Positions 25,537 through 38,330 of a stretch of 64,000 nt of DNA are shown one piece after another. Source of the DNA: Phoronis australis. Lineage: Eukaryota > Animalia > Phoronida. The notes under the pieces were generated by a model. That model did not search any database. It was not told the DNA's origin and worked only from the letters and a program-made list of their open reading frames with translations. The DNA lies in NCBI GenBank assembly GCA_002633005.1, contig NMRA01000109.1:470624-534623 (forward strand), written 5' to 3'. The translations under genes and the position numbers were made by a program. Positions within the stretch are counted from its first letter, which is position 1. Each line of letters begins with the position of its first letter.

Positions 25537-25743
25537 ATGCCTGACCGTTGTGTATTTGGAGACAGTGGCAATACGCCAAGGGCTCGTGTATCTTTGCACA
25601 AGTTTCCCACTGATCCAAGAATGCGTTGCAAGTGGGAAAAATTTGCGAAGTCTACGAGTGGAGCGTCGCCGTATTCGGTAGTATGTAGCGAACATATTTT
25701 GTGTGGACTGATTCTAGAACGACAGCCTGTGATCCCAGTATAA
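25537..25743 (+). pseudogene. Degenerate THAP domain ORF (transposon-derived)
   Basis: MPDRCVFGDSGNT..VSLHKFPTDPRMRCKWEKF..VVCSEHI matches the THAP pattern with the second Cys lost. Confidence 0.7.
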
Positions 25744-26368
25744 TTGTAAACCAGGATGAGTGAACTTTTGGAGAGTATTCGAAACGGTACATGCCGTCGC
25801 TTTCCAGAACCTAGTGGAAAAAGAAAATTTGCACAGTGATTATGTTTTTGAGCAAAAACTATAAGGAATATTCTAATTATTGGAGTGTGAATATCCCATC
25901 CTGTTGACCATATACTCAGCTTAAAAAATAGTTGAAAAAGTTTTGAAATTGTTTTTTCTTTGAAAGTCAATTGCGCTTCAAGGCTTGATTGTTTGTCACA
26001 ACATAAGTCATATTTTTCTAAATTTTACGTATGAATCGTTCCTGGTCTGACATCACACATATGCCTGTTCTGAGAATTGACTCGGCTGAAATCGGATAAG
26101 GTCATTACTGCTGGGCTTTTCTAATTAACCAAGCTGTGCGAACAAGAACTGCCATGTGCAGCAGATTCATACAGTGCTATTATTTTTGTTGAAAAGCAGT
26201 TGTTTTAGTGTGAAACTATGTCTTTAACGTTGAAGCAACGTTGTGTTTCTGCAGCGTTATCGGTAGAGGTACATATAAGCTTAGGGCAGGAAGGGGTGCT
26301 GCGCAAAGCGTGACCTTCACCAAAATCTGTGATACATGTATCTGCACGAAATAATTCTCTTTCTTACT

Positions 26369-27578
26369 AAAAAAGAGCAACGCGGAGCGTTGAAATGCGC
26401 CCAAGAATGCATTGCTAATGGTGCGCTTTTAGGGTTATTTATTTGTATCACAAAATGGCCACTAGATGGCGCAAAAACATACAATCCATTCAAAAACAGG
26501 AACATGCCATATTTCATAAAAAATCTGTCAAAGAACTTCAGAGAAACAAAGGTAAACAGAATAAAATGAAATTGCCACTAGTGGGCACAGGGTCCGTTGG
26601 ATCCGCCTGAAAGTCGTCGTCGTCTGTTATCTTCGTATAAATATAGATTCTTACATGGCGAAGTCGTTATCCCCCGTTATCTAGAGCCCGAGTGGATTTT
26701 CGAGAATTATCGCCCGATTTGGTTGATACAGGGGTGGACACCAAAAACAAGATTTGAAAACAGCAAAAAATGGCCAGTAGGTGGCGCAAAATACCTCGAT
26801 TCCATCCAAAAACAGGAAGATAGCGTCATCACACCAATAGATGCCTATATTTAAAATTTTAGCAAAATCTGTTGAGGACCTTTGAAGATACTGAGTTAAG
26901 CGTAAAAAATTAAAATTGCTACTAGGGGCCACAGCAGTCGTCAGATCTGTCCGAAAGTCGTCGTCATCCGTAGTCAACATCATATAAATGCACTTGCTAA
27001 ATTAAGTAAAGATTCTGCAAACGGTTTACGAGATACAGCCATAGGCGCAACAAAAACAAAACTGCCACTAGGATGCGCCACAGTAGTCGAAATCGTCCGA
27101 AAATCATCGTCAGCCGTCCTCTTTATAGTAAGCACATACATGCCAATTTTCACAATCATCGTTTGAGCGGTTTGGTTGATGGAGGGGTGGACGCAAAAAA
27201 CTCGAAAACACTAAAAATGGCCACTAGGTGGCGCAAACTACGACAAATCCATCTGAAAATGGAAAGATAGCGTCATCTCACTAATAGGTGCCTACATACC
27301 GAATTTCACGAAAATCCGTTAAGGACTTTTGAAGATACAAAGGTACGCGTAAAAAAACTAAAATTGCCACTAGGGGGCACATCGGTAGTCGGATCCCTCC
27401 GAAATTTCGCTCATGCCGTCCCATTTATGAATGGAACATATGTACCAAATTTCATGAACGTAAGTCAAAGAGTTTTGGAGATAGAGCAGCGGACGCCGGA
27501 CGGACGCCACCCGGACGGACGGACGGACGGACGGAGATGACGCATAATGCGTCCACATATAAATATGTGGGCGTATAA
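26369..27578 (-). mobile_element. HINE/DINE-1-like element, copy 2, inverted relative to copy 1
   Basis: Reverse complement of the same termini, (GGAC)n tract and internal subunits as 21270-22757. Interrupted at 26641-26717. Confidence 0.85.
26641..26717 (+). repeat. Family A fragment: left arm of the palindrome only, nested in HINE copy 2
   Basis: Near-identical to 3627-3703 and ends at the palindrome centre. Confidence 0.8.
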
Positions 27579-28733
27579 AAAATAAAATCCCACGAAGAGC
27601 TCCTTATTACTGGCCGGCACTTACATCGCTGCATAGTCCTTGCGGCTACAGAGCGGAGTACGGAGTGCTACTCGACGGACGGAGCCCGGGTGTACCCGCT
27701 ATTTTGAAAGGAGTTGGAGCCGAGTTTAAGGCATTCACACCGCACTACCTTTTGGGAGCTCACTCGCTGCTATATATAAAACATGTTGCTTACAAAGGTC
27801 GTTGGGCTAGACTTTTATGCTTACGTTTAGACATACACATCTGGACTCACTTGTTACCCTTTGGTATAGTCACCATGCGCGTGATTTATGAATAATATAA
27901 AGCTTCCTCTTATCGTATGCACGATCCTGTCATCTACACAAATAGCGGCACTCGGGGGAAGTTTTCCGAGTACGACCCGATGCCACGTGAAGCGCTTTGA
28001 ATCAGAGGCATATTCAAAAATATTACTAACTTAGTTATCACTGTAGTTAGTAGCACCAGTACCTGCAATTTTGTTGCTACTTGTCCATGCATATCCTATC
28101 TTTAAGGAATATGCTGGGGCTGGACCTTTTCGGCAGGGGAGGGGTTCGATCGTATTTTGAAAACATTTGATTACGACGAATGAGTATCCTTTACCAATAA
28201 GTTTAAATGACACTAGTTCAAAGCCAATTTCATTTCATCATTTTTCTGAAGGGAAGTGGAAACTCAAAAGTACCTAAAATAGGGTAATCAGTGGATAGCA
28301 TTAGTACAGAAATTCACTAAACCTTTCAGATTAGTGCGCGATTGTCGGGCCCGAACCTCGGCAAAAGACAGTCTCAGGGCTTGCAACTACACTCTTTCGC
28401 AGTGCTACGCAAGGAATGCTGTTTACCATTGCTTCTCATGGGTTAGAGTAATGAAACCGATGCCATATCATTCAGTCATCTCCATTAGTTGAAATTTGGG
28501 AAACCCTTTTCAGTATACTCTTACGACCACCTTTGACTTGAATAGTTTTAATATATTAATACGGACAGTGATCGAAGTAAACGAAATCAAGGAAACCCTG
28601 ATCCAGTGGCTTAAGCCCAAACAGGGTACACTGCATAGAAGGCGTGGACAAGAGGTGTCGATGTGAACTGTAAACTTTCAACCGAGCCTGCGCTTTGATA
28701 CTCACACACGGAATTCCGTGTGTTGTTCGTCAT

Positions 28734-28829
28734 GTTTCCACAGGGCCACTTTCAGTATAGGTGGCGCTGTATCAGAGCCCGGTAGTTTCCACAGGGCCAC
28801 TTCTCAGTATAGGTGGCGTTGCGTCAGAG
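28734..28829. repeat. Tandem duplication, unit about 51 bp
   Basis: GTTTCCACAGGGCCACTT..CAGTATAGGTGGCG..TCAGAG occurs twice. Confidence 0.8.
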
Positions 28830-29293
28830 GGTAGGGTTGCGACATGTGTAGCAAAATATGAAGTCTTGTTTAAATAACGTCCTATAAGTTGACCTTTGCT
28901 CTCGCAAGATCCTTTCAACATTGTTCTCCCTTGTACCATTCTAATTTATAAGTACACCAAAGCTGGCACCACAAATCTTACTAACAAAGCATAAATTATG
29001 ATAATTCTCTTATAAAACAGTTGGCTATTGTCATGCAGAGAGCGAAAACTTCCGTCTTACCCTAGTTATTGGATATTTTCATTGTGCATGTTTGTGTCTG
29101 TGGTAGCTCCACTGAAAGTGGGGTAGGTTGCACCAGGGAACCTTTTCAAGCGCAGGTACAGGAGTTTGTCTAGGGCGTCCGAAAATGGACTGGCATGCAC
29201 TTTAGGCAATGCTTGAGATTCTTAGTCCATTACGGTGTTTGAAAATTGACCAATCTCGGGATTTTGGACCCCCTGTAGAACAAAACCTGCTTC

Positions 29294-31333
29294 CAAGGAG
29301 TGTAGTAGTATAGGAGAGTTCACTTGTGAGTTCGCTGTTACCGCTACTACTAGCGCCGCCAAGTGATGAACAAGCAACAGTCAACCAGGAAGTGCCAAAA
29401 CAAATTGGAAGGACGCATTATGCAGTGCGATAAATTGCACTAATTCATCCTCGACAACCCCAGACGTGTCGTTTTTTAGGTTTTCTAAGGATCCGGAAAG
29501 GTAAGTATTATATGTTATTCAATAATATAATACATTGTCTTTCATTTTGTGTGTTCTGTTCACAGTTGTTAGACAAGTCGATCGCACGTCCCGGTGCCAC
29601 TGTCTGTTGTTTGCAGTGTAGACTAGGCCTACTGGTCAGCCGGCGGAAGGACTACTGATTAACGTACGATGTTATCGTCTGCTTTTTGGATACTTGCAGT
29701 CCATGTATTCCAAATCAAAATGTCACTCTAACGATCGCAGGGATAATTTTAGGAAAACATAGCCATGGCCATGGGTGAATATGAATCATCGAAGTGACAC
29801 GGCCATGGCACAATCACAGCCACAGGGACTCAAGTTTGCATTAGTCAAGTTAAAGACATAACGTAGAATTGTCGTGAGGACTTGACAGGTCGCCTCATGG
29901 GTCTCACGCTCCGCTGATTTATATACACTAGTTTGAAAAGGCTTTGCCCAGTTACACATTTTGTGTCATAAAACTGAGAGATAATCATACCTGCAGCTAA
30001 TGCAGCTAGTAGAACTTGTCTCATTTATCACATTGGTGTAGGCTCACAGAAGAACTGTGATATTCTGTTGAGCCCAGACCGTCCGGAGTTGCACCGTATA
30101 CCAACTCCGGACGGTCTCTCATGACAATTTAGCGTTATGGAATCTGTGGGTCTCGGTGAAAAGTTGTGCGGCCCCTTAAAATAACCGTGGATCGACATTT
30201 GAGTCCTAGATTTTTTAGTTGACGCCAAAACGCTTTTGTCTCTATCACAATCACAGTACGACAGGACTTCTGTAGTGTAGTGNNNNNNNNNNNNNNNNNN
30301 NNNNNNNNNNNNNNNNNNNNNNNNNNNNNNNNNNNNNNNNNNNNNNNNNNNNNNNNNNNNNNNNNNNNNNNNNNNNNNNNNNNNNNNNNNNNNNNNNNNN
30401 NNNNNNNNNNNNNNNNNNNNNNNNNNNNNNNNNNNNNNNNNNNNNNNNNNNNNNNNNNNNNNNNNNNNNNNNNNNNNNNNNNNNNNNNNNNNNNNNNNNN
30501 NNNNNNNNNNNNNNNNNNNNNNNNNNNNNNNNNNNNNNNNNNNNNNNNNNNNNNNNNNNNNNNNNNNNNNNNNNNNNNNNNNNNNNNNNNNNNNNNNNNN
30601 NNNNNNNNNNNNNNNNNNNNNNNNNNNNNNNNNNNNNNNNNNNNNNNNNNNNNNNNNNNNNNNNNNNNNNNNNNNNNNNNNNNNNNNNNNNNNNNNNNNN
30701 NNNNNNNNNNNNNNNNNNNNNNNNNNNNNNNNNNNNNNNNNNNNNNNNNNNNNNNNNNNNNNNNNNNNNNNNNNNNNNNNNNNNNNNNNNNNNNNNNNNN
30801 NNNNNNNNNNNNNNNNNNNNNNNNNNNNNNNNNNNNNNNNNNNNNNNNNNNNNNNNNNNNNNNNNNNNNNNNNNNNNNNNNNNNNNNNNNNNNNNNNNNN
30901 NNNNNNNNNNNNNNNNNNCCCCAGGAGCAATCATTCAAATTTTATTGTCCATGGAGGTATGAACTGTTATAAGGAAAGATAATTTGCCTTGTTAAGAACT
31001 CAAACATGAAACAAAACCGTGATAGATTTTGAAGGGAGCTTCAAAAGAATAAAAACAAATACACTTTAATATTGATTAAAATACACATTTTCTTTCTCAT
31101 TCGATTATAAGTGGATGTTAGTTTACGTATTCAACCATTTTCAATCACGCAGTAATTTTATTGCACGTTGAACGTCATTAAAGTATGAATTCATCAGTGT
31201 TTACATTGTTCGGACTGCGGTCCTAAGTAAGTATTGATTATTCACCGCTTGGAGCGCTAGTGTTTCGACCGGTAACCATTGCGGCGAATGGTAAAATGGC
31301 GGAGTGAACTCTCCTATACTCGTACACTCCTTG
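29294..31333 (+). mobile_element. P-superfamily DNA transposon derivative with THAP first exon
   Basis: 31-bp TIR CAAGGAGTGTA..AGTATAGGAGAGTTCACT (2 mismatches) and 7-bp TSD CTGCTTC (29287-29293, 31334-31340). 29421-29500 encodes CSAINCTNS..VSFFRFSKDPER followed by a GTAAGT donor. Confidence 0.85.
30283..30918. other. Assembly gap inside the P-like element
   Basis: Run of N. Confidence 1.
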
Positions 31334-32099
31334 CTGCTTCTCTGAAGCATGAGATGTTGATAGGGTTGTATTAGTAACTCATCAGTATAGTACAAGTGAC
31401 TTTTTGAGCTCTGTAATCCTATAATAGATTTTCGTTGTTGCACCCATAGAATTGAGGAAAAAATCACTCGGAAAGCTTCCCAATGTCTCCTTCGTCACTA
31501 ATGTAGCAATACCAATGATGTTTGTTTGACATCTTGCTCAATAGATAATTGTACATTAGAGTAGCGCCACCTAGAGTATTTTAATCAAACTGACAGTCAC
31601 AGATTGACAGAAAGCTATGTAAGTACGTTATGTAAAAAATGACTACACAAAATCTGTCAAAGAGACAAGATTTTTATTCTTGCGTTCGGCTCAACAGAGA
31701 CAGCAGTAACAGATGGACGTGAGCTCAAGTTTTGTGATATAGATTTGCAGGAGCGATAAAAAAGAGTAAAATGGACTTAAAAATAAGCAGTGAAAATGAA
31801 ATTTTGGACGTTAAAATGCGAGAACATAAAAAGTCAATTACACCATCCAAACTAATCTTCTTGTATTTATCCTTTCCTCTTTCATGCTACGTCTTTATTT
31901 TTGCTATAGTGTGATGTGTTGATGCCGAGGAAATTCATCCACTTCCCTGTACTTTTTATTTGCGATTTTTAAGAAAAAATTAAAAAGTTGTCGTAAAAAG
32001 GGTTATAAAAAACTCATAAAAATCAGACTCAGATTTCATTTGGCAAGGCCAGCTGATGTGCTAAGTTTCAAAAAGATCAGTAATTTTGCATATAGGCCT

Positions 32100-32480
32100 A
32101 TAGCCCACCATCTATTTTTTATATGGAATCGCTCTTAATATATGTCGTGATACTGGAAATGCTTTTGAAGTAGTAGATAACTTTAGTAAATAAGAGTTTG
32201 AGTGAAAATTTCCATTGCCAAATCTCATTTTATTCAATTGTGGGATGGTCGGTTTGTCTCTGAAATCAAACTCGCCTGCGTCCATTCTGTTGACATCAAT
32301 CGCTTTGGCGCTGCCGTCAATAACACGCATCATTTCAGAAACCAATTCTTCCAGGGACTACCTAGAAGGAAGATTGCAGACCACAACACACTCGTCATGC
32401 TCAGTTAGCAGGTTCTCTTCAGTTTTTGTGTGTCGTTCTCTTAAATCAGTCGCACGGTCTCTGCGCACGAATAACTTTGT
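32100..32480 (-). mobile_element. Possible LINE (CR1/L2-type) ORF1 remnant
   Basis: ECVVVCNLP..LEELVSEMMRVIDG..AIDVNRM....KP resembles the ORF1 RRM region. Contains stops and frameshifts. Confidence 0.35.
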
Positions 32481-33802
32481 CTAAAAACACCTTTAAACCC
32501 GTCGAAAAAATAGCATTTTGTTTAGAAAACTGACCTTCGGTGAACACGCCGTGACAAGTCAAATCGTAGAGTCTGGTCTCAAGCAGTAGCAGGTTGTCAA
32601 TTTTTCCAAGACCAGCATTCATGTCTATTTAGATTAAGAACAAATGTCAGGCCAATTTTAAAACGGTACGTGGTCTAAATTAAATGTAGATAGATGGCGC
32701 GTTTATAGCCGTTTTTATTTCACCTTCTGCTCAACAATAGTTTACACAAAGTTTTGCAGTTAATACGTCTTTGAATAAATAGGAGAGTATTATTATTTGA
32801 AGTTCAATCTACTTATAAGGCTTTAAAAAATGTAATTAGCAATCGTTCAATTCCAATTGATTGATCACTCTCCTTCCTAACTGAACGTGTTTCCACTTTC
32901 TATTTTACAAATTACATTTTCAGGTGTGCAAAATTACACGTAACTGCATATGTGTATTGTTGTCATAAGCAGACAAATTTCAGAATGAACATTGGGTTAG
33001 AAGTCCTTTCATTATTCCCAAAATGTAGTTAATGGGTGTTTAACATAGGCTTAGCGTCCGTAGGCAATCGTCTTTTGTTCTCTGGGTCTGGTCTGTACGC
33101 CTTGAAAGTCAAATTTCCAGTCACATCTCTTTCCATCCGGCGTCTTTAATGTTCTCAGATATGAGTACTTGCCAAGACTGGCGACACCTCGTTATTTGAC
33201 AAACTGTTGTTACCAGCACAAACGTGTGGATGGCTGCTGGATGTCAGTTTTGATTAAAGGCCCCTCACCGCTGGCAGACTTTATGCTTGTATACTCGACT
33301 AAAACTTGAAAACAAAAGTTTGCCAATGTGGAACACAACCAATCTAGTTTGCTGAAGTTTGGTCATGCAGATTAATTTGAAACCTCTTAGATGAATATTA
33401 TCCAAGCAAGCAACTGAAAGTCATTTGATTGTCAGTGTTCAAAATTTCAGCCTCCGTAAGGGAGTGATGTGTGGAAGAGACTAAGTTCGTAGCAATGGGT
33501 CCTGGTTCTCAATAATGAGGTATTGGGCCGAATATTTGGTCTTCTCTAAAAGTGGTTTTGTAACTCAATTGCGCAAGCAACTGTCTTTCCACATTTTAGT
33601 ATCATTATATTATGTACTTAAAATATTCCTTTTTCTTACGCCACCAAAGGCACATTTTTGTAAAACGCAGTTCAAAATTTGAGAAATAAGAAAGGCTAAT
33701 TTTGCATATCATAATAAATTTTGCCTATAAAGTGACAATTTCATTTAAAACTGAAATGTAAAAAACAGGGAAATCAATGTTTTAAACTTCTTCGGCATTT
33801 TT

Positions 33803-33928
33803 TCGAATATCGTGAGACGTCAGATATACAGCTAGTATCAGAACGTTTAGATTATTATGGACTCGAATATCGTGAGACGTCATATATACAGCTAGTACTA
33901 GGACGTTTAGTTTATCATGGACTCGAAT
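33803..33928. repeat. 60-bp tandem duplication
   Basis: TCGAATATCGTGAGACGTCA..ATACAGCTAGTA..ATGGAC at 33803 and 33863. Confidence 0.85.
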
Positions 33929-36900
33929 TACTGTAGTATCTACCTAAGATCAACTGCCAGCAAACAATTGTCTGAGTGGCACTGTGTGCATTGTGGATTT
34001 GATGACTCGGAGTCCACAAATCCACACGCATTTGTTTACTACGCGTAAACAGCTCTTTGGATGGGTGATTTCGAACCCGGAATGGATTTATATTTCTTTG
34101 GAAATACAGACAATTCAAAATCTAAGTAGGTTGGGTGACTCCCCCCCCCAAACCCCTTCCCGCCCCCCAACCCCCTCCCGCCCCCCAACCCCCCCTCTTC
34201 CTATACTCTTTATCAGGTGCACTTTTCCCAAGAAATGTTCATCGGGAGGGATACGTTGTTCGCTTGAAATATTTTGACGACAGCTTCATTACAGGTTGTC
34301 TGAGCTTCTGTTCAAATCGCAGAAACAATATTCATGCATGATTCATTCCAATCATCTTGTGCTATGCCTTATTTTGAGAACTTCCCTGTACAGATCTATG
34401 CGCTTCTTGTTTTCCCTGATAGTCCAATTAGGACTTTTGAAACAGTTTTATAATACTGCTTATCGCACTATGTGGTATATTTCACTGACTCAGATATCCG
34501 TCGAGGACTTAAAGTGTTGAAACTGTCAAATACTAATGTTTCCGCCACTTATTTCGTCACCATTGTTTGCAAAATAAAGATCCTGGCATCATCTTTCCGG
34601 GCGACCAGAACAATTCTCGATATACAGTAATTAAAAATACAATTATCTGACACTAAAGAAGCAATTAGTCTCGCACGTCTTTCAACGTCAACGACCTCTC
34701 TCTGATCTTGTATATTTATTACAGATGTCAATCAAAATTTAATTTCAGTTGTCTTGCTCTCTCGCCGCCATGCAATATTTTTTTCGTTAGCAGTCGACTT
34801 CAAAAAGGAAAACAAAATGCGTTCGTTGAATTCAGAGGGAGAGTGAGGATAAAAGAGCTAAGCATACGACTACAGCTTTTGACTAGAATAATAAAATACT
34901 TAGGAGATTAGGTTCTTCTTGGATCTTCCCTAGGCAAAGACGCTTGATTTTGCAGGAGCTCTTGCTGTCGCCGGCCCACTCGGTCCCTATTAGGTAGGAG
35001 AGCATCTGAAGGCCAAATAGAAATCCAAAGCGTCGTTTTGGGTATAACTCCTTTTCGTGAAAATAGTTGTATTTTATATAATCAATAACTCTACGTCAAT
35101 CGTGCGTTGCGTCCTTTCCACACCGTTCGCTGTCCTGTCGTGCCTCAACAAGAACTAAAATACCTTCTATTCTTATTGGCTGGCATTCAGACTTTGAGAA
35201 CTCAGGTGTTCTGGTTGGTAGTATTTCAGTCCAGCGTTTTGTTCTTGGTAAAGAACATTAAAGATGATCTTCTATTGTTCTGCGCTCGAGTACACAATGG
35301 CTTAGTGGATAACTTTCTAATTCTAGTTGGATTTGATGACTCCGTCCTTAAGACTAAAGGCTCTAGTCTGAACTCGAAATTTTTACTTAAAGACTTGATT
35401 TTTGTTTGAGTTTGTAGCGCGAATACTGGGGTCATTTAGACTAAATTTGAACTAGGCACTTATTTACTTAAATCATGTGCTCGAGCACAAAGTACTAGCT
35501 ACTTATTTTGAGTTTGCACACAAGTAGAACAGAAAATGCCAAAAATAAATCCGAGTTCGATTTCGAGTACGATGATCATACCCCTGTTCCTGATTTTCTG
35601 CCAACCAGTCTCGCGAATATTGTTTCCGTCAGCCAGTTTCCTTGTTTGAACACATGGACTCTTTTCCAGCAAACATTCCTGCCACCAAGGCTTTACGAAC
35701 ACAGACAAATATTAAAATGTCTGACAGCGGAGTTTTCAAAACTCAAAACTCAAAAATGATGTGACTTTTCATTGCATCTCTTGGTATTTTTTTAAGCTTT
35801 TTGTATGTAAATACCAAGAATACGAGTTTTTTTATATTAGTTCAATCAATTTCAATAATGTGGCAAATTTTTAAGAGTCATTTTCAGGACTTTCAAATTT
35901 CCAAACATGAATGATGCTCATCTCAATATTGTTGACAGTTTGGCGCTTACCATCCACGTTCAATAGGTATTTACATTATCTAGTTTGTGCCTCACTGTCG
36001 CAACTGCACTGCACATTGTTCTTGCCTTGAAGCGAAATACGCCAAAGGAAAAACGAAAGCAGGCTAAATTTGGCGAGTACTTGGTTAGAGGTTGACCATT
36101 ACGGGTATCTTTTTAATTTCAATCACTGCAATTCTTGCGTTTAACTTCCAAAATTTTTGAATTTTCCGGTATAAGGCTACCAGGTCTAGAAGTTTTTTAT
36201 TATCAGATCACGCGATGACGACGTGTTTTCTCCAAATCCCAATGAAATAGTGAAAATAGCCCTAAATGTAGATGAGGAGCCACACAGTGTTTTGACGGTT
36301 TATACAAAAAATCCACTGAGAACTATACATTGAAACTGATACTTTCTAATATTCAATAGCGCCCTCACACTATCAAAAGCGACACATAATTTGAAGTAAA
36401 TGTTATTGTTGAAAAAGTTTGAGCTTGTGTGGACCACTTTACGCGTGGATAACACACACACACACAGACTTTTAACCTTAAGACCGAAAGAAACCTCAGA
36501 AAAGTTGATGGTTGGCATCTTCGTTACGTTTTTCAATTGTAAAAAGGTTATCATCTGCAATTCATTTAAGGAAATCCCATTTTAAATAAAAATGACTCCT
36601 TTCATAAGAGATAGTAGTCACGTGATTGTGCGTTATGGCTTGGTATTTTACAGCAATGTTTCCTGCTTTTGATTAAAAAATAAAGATTAAATCTGACCAC
36701 GAGGAAATAATATGTTGTTTGATGAAACGTCATAAATTGACAATTCCACAGAAAGTATAAACTGTCATTGAGTACCGTTTCGCATTATTTCCTCATGACT
36801 TGCACCATTTTGCTGTGCCTGATTTACGAGAAATCCTTCTCAACTAGAAATGTTATCGTCGATATGAATGCTGACTTCCGAATTTATGCTTGCAAAAGTG

Positions 36901-38119
36901 TTCCGAGGATTTTTGAAAGAGAACCTTAGGACCATCTTAAAAAAGTGCCTTCGCACCCAAAAACACACCCTAGAGTATCTTAGGAAGCAGGTAATTAGAT
37001 TTTGTTAGAAACTCCTACCACTGAACGCAGCTCCATCAATCAGCCAGTGATATTAAAGGTGTGTTTCAATAGGAATGTTTCACTTGGCTATTGTTATAGA
37101 AAACTGACGATGGTTCTATTGACAAGCGACAAACTTGAAATATTTTAGTTGTTGTTCACTTAATCAAAATTCAGAAAATATTGACATGTTGACCCCTTTG
37201 AGATTCGTAAAAGATTTTTATGATACGACAAGCTTAGTGGGGTAAGACTACGGTTCAACTGGCTGATCTCGAGGAAATGACAAACCGACTCAACAAAAGC
37301 CCTTGGTACCACTCTTATCTCAGGACACCGATCAGGGATGCGTAGCTTTTCTAAAGCACACTCAACGGAGAAACTTAATGAAGCCATGGCTTTTTCTTCC
37401 CGAAATTAAAACTTTTCCGGTCCCAGGGTGGAGATAAGATAACAAATGCCCTTGACCACTGCACACCAGAAATGTAGGCTAACATATGTCATTACCAACC
37501 ACATTTTTGCCATTTGTCTGACGGGTTCCCGTATTTGCAGCAAAAAATAGATAGATGTCTGATTAATTCGTAAGGAAAACAGTAGGTGCATTTCGGAATG
37601 TACTTTTGACTTATTTGCATTTTTTCCCTTTCCGTTTTCACCATTTTACGCTAGTAAGAGGTTGGTCTGGAACGGCTCGCAAGACCAGGCAAAAATCACT
37701 CGAGCTAGTATGGTCGAAACCTTGATCAGCAACACCCAATAGCAACGCAACCTTGTAAAATGGCGGCCACTGAAGTGATTAGTTGGCGGAATTGGAATGT
37801 TGAATTATGGGATGGAATTCACTGGTTCGGTTCTATAACCCAAGATTTCTCGTTTGTCTCAAGATCTATAGAATGCAATCTTGTGTCAAATTGCGCATGC
37901 GCGATGACGTCTTTCACGAGAACTCGCGTTTATTCTCGTAGGTGCCTTTCAAGAAATAAACGTGATACGAAGGATCGTGTGACCGTGAAACTCATGAGAC
38001 TACTGTGCCTATTTGCACTTATCAGATGTCACGCTACAAGACACATTGATAATTTAGTTCATTTAAGTTATGTGGGACCCTAGCTCTCATCGGAACATCA
38101 TATCTGAGAAGAATTCTTA

Positions 38120-38330
38120 TAAAACTGTCAGATACTATACAATTTTAGGAAAGCCAAAATTTAATTAATTTCAGAACATATTTCCGAAGTGGGTGATCGG
38201 ATTCATATGAAACCTTCACATACCATCCTTTGTGCACTGTTTTCCAAAAAATGTTGAGAATTGTTTTTAAATTATTCCACGTTTGCATGAGTGGCTATCA
38301 AAAGTAACACTTCTGATTTATATGGAAAAA
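38120..38330 (+). repeat. Old dispersed repeat, related copy at about 44790-44990
   Basis: Shared blocks TTCAGAACAT..TGATCGGATTC.TATGAA..TGCAC..TTGTTTTT.AA in the same order. Confidence 0.5.

Noticed and set aside
21270-27578. Single 6.3-kb foldback or composite transposon carrying the THAP ORF between long inverted repeats
   Set aside because: Each arm is a complete HINE with its own ends and different internal deletions, and there is no flanking TSD. Independent insertions are the simpler explanation.
30028-30972. Long ORFs spanning the second gap
   Set aside because: Artefacts of N-runs translated as X.
34138-34200. C-rich tract (minus-strand G-quadruplex potential; Pro-rich ORFs)
   Set aside because: Low-complexity sequence, probably inside a repeat remnant, with no supporting context.
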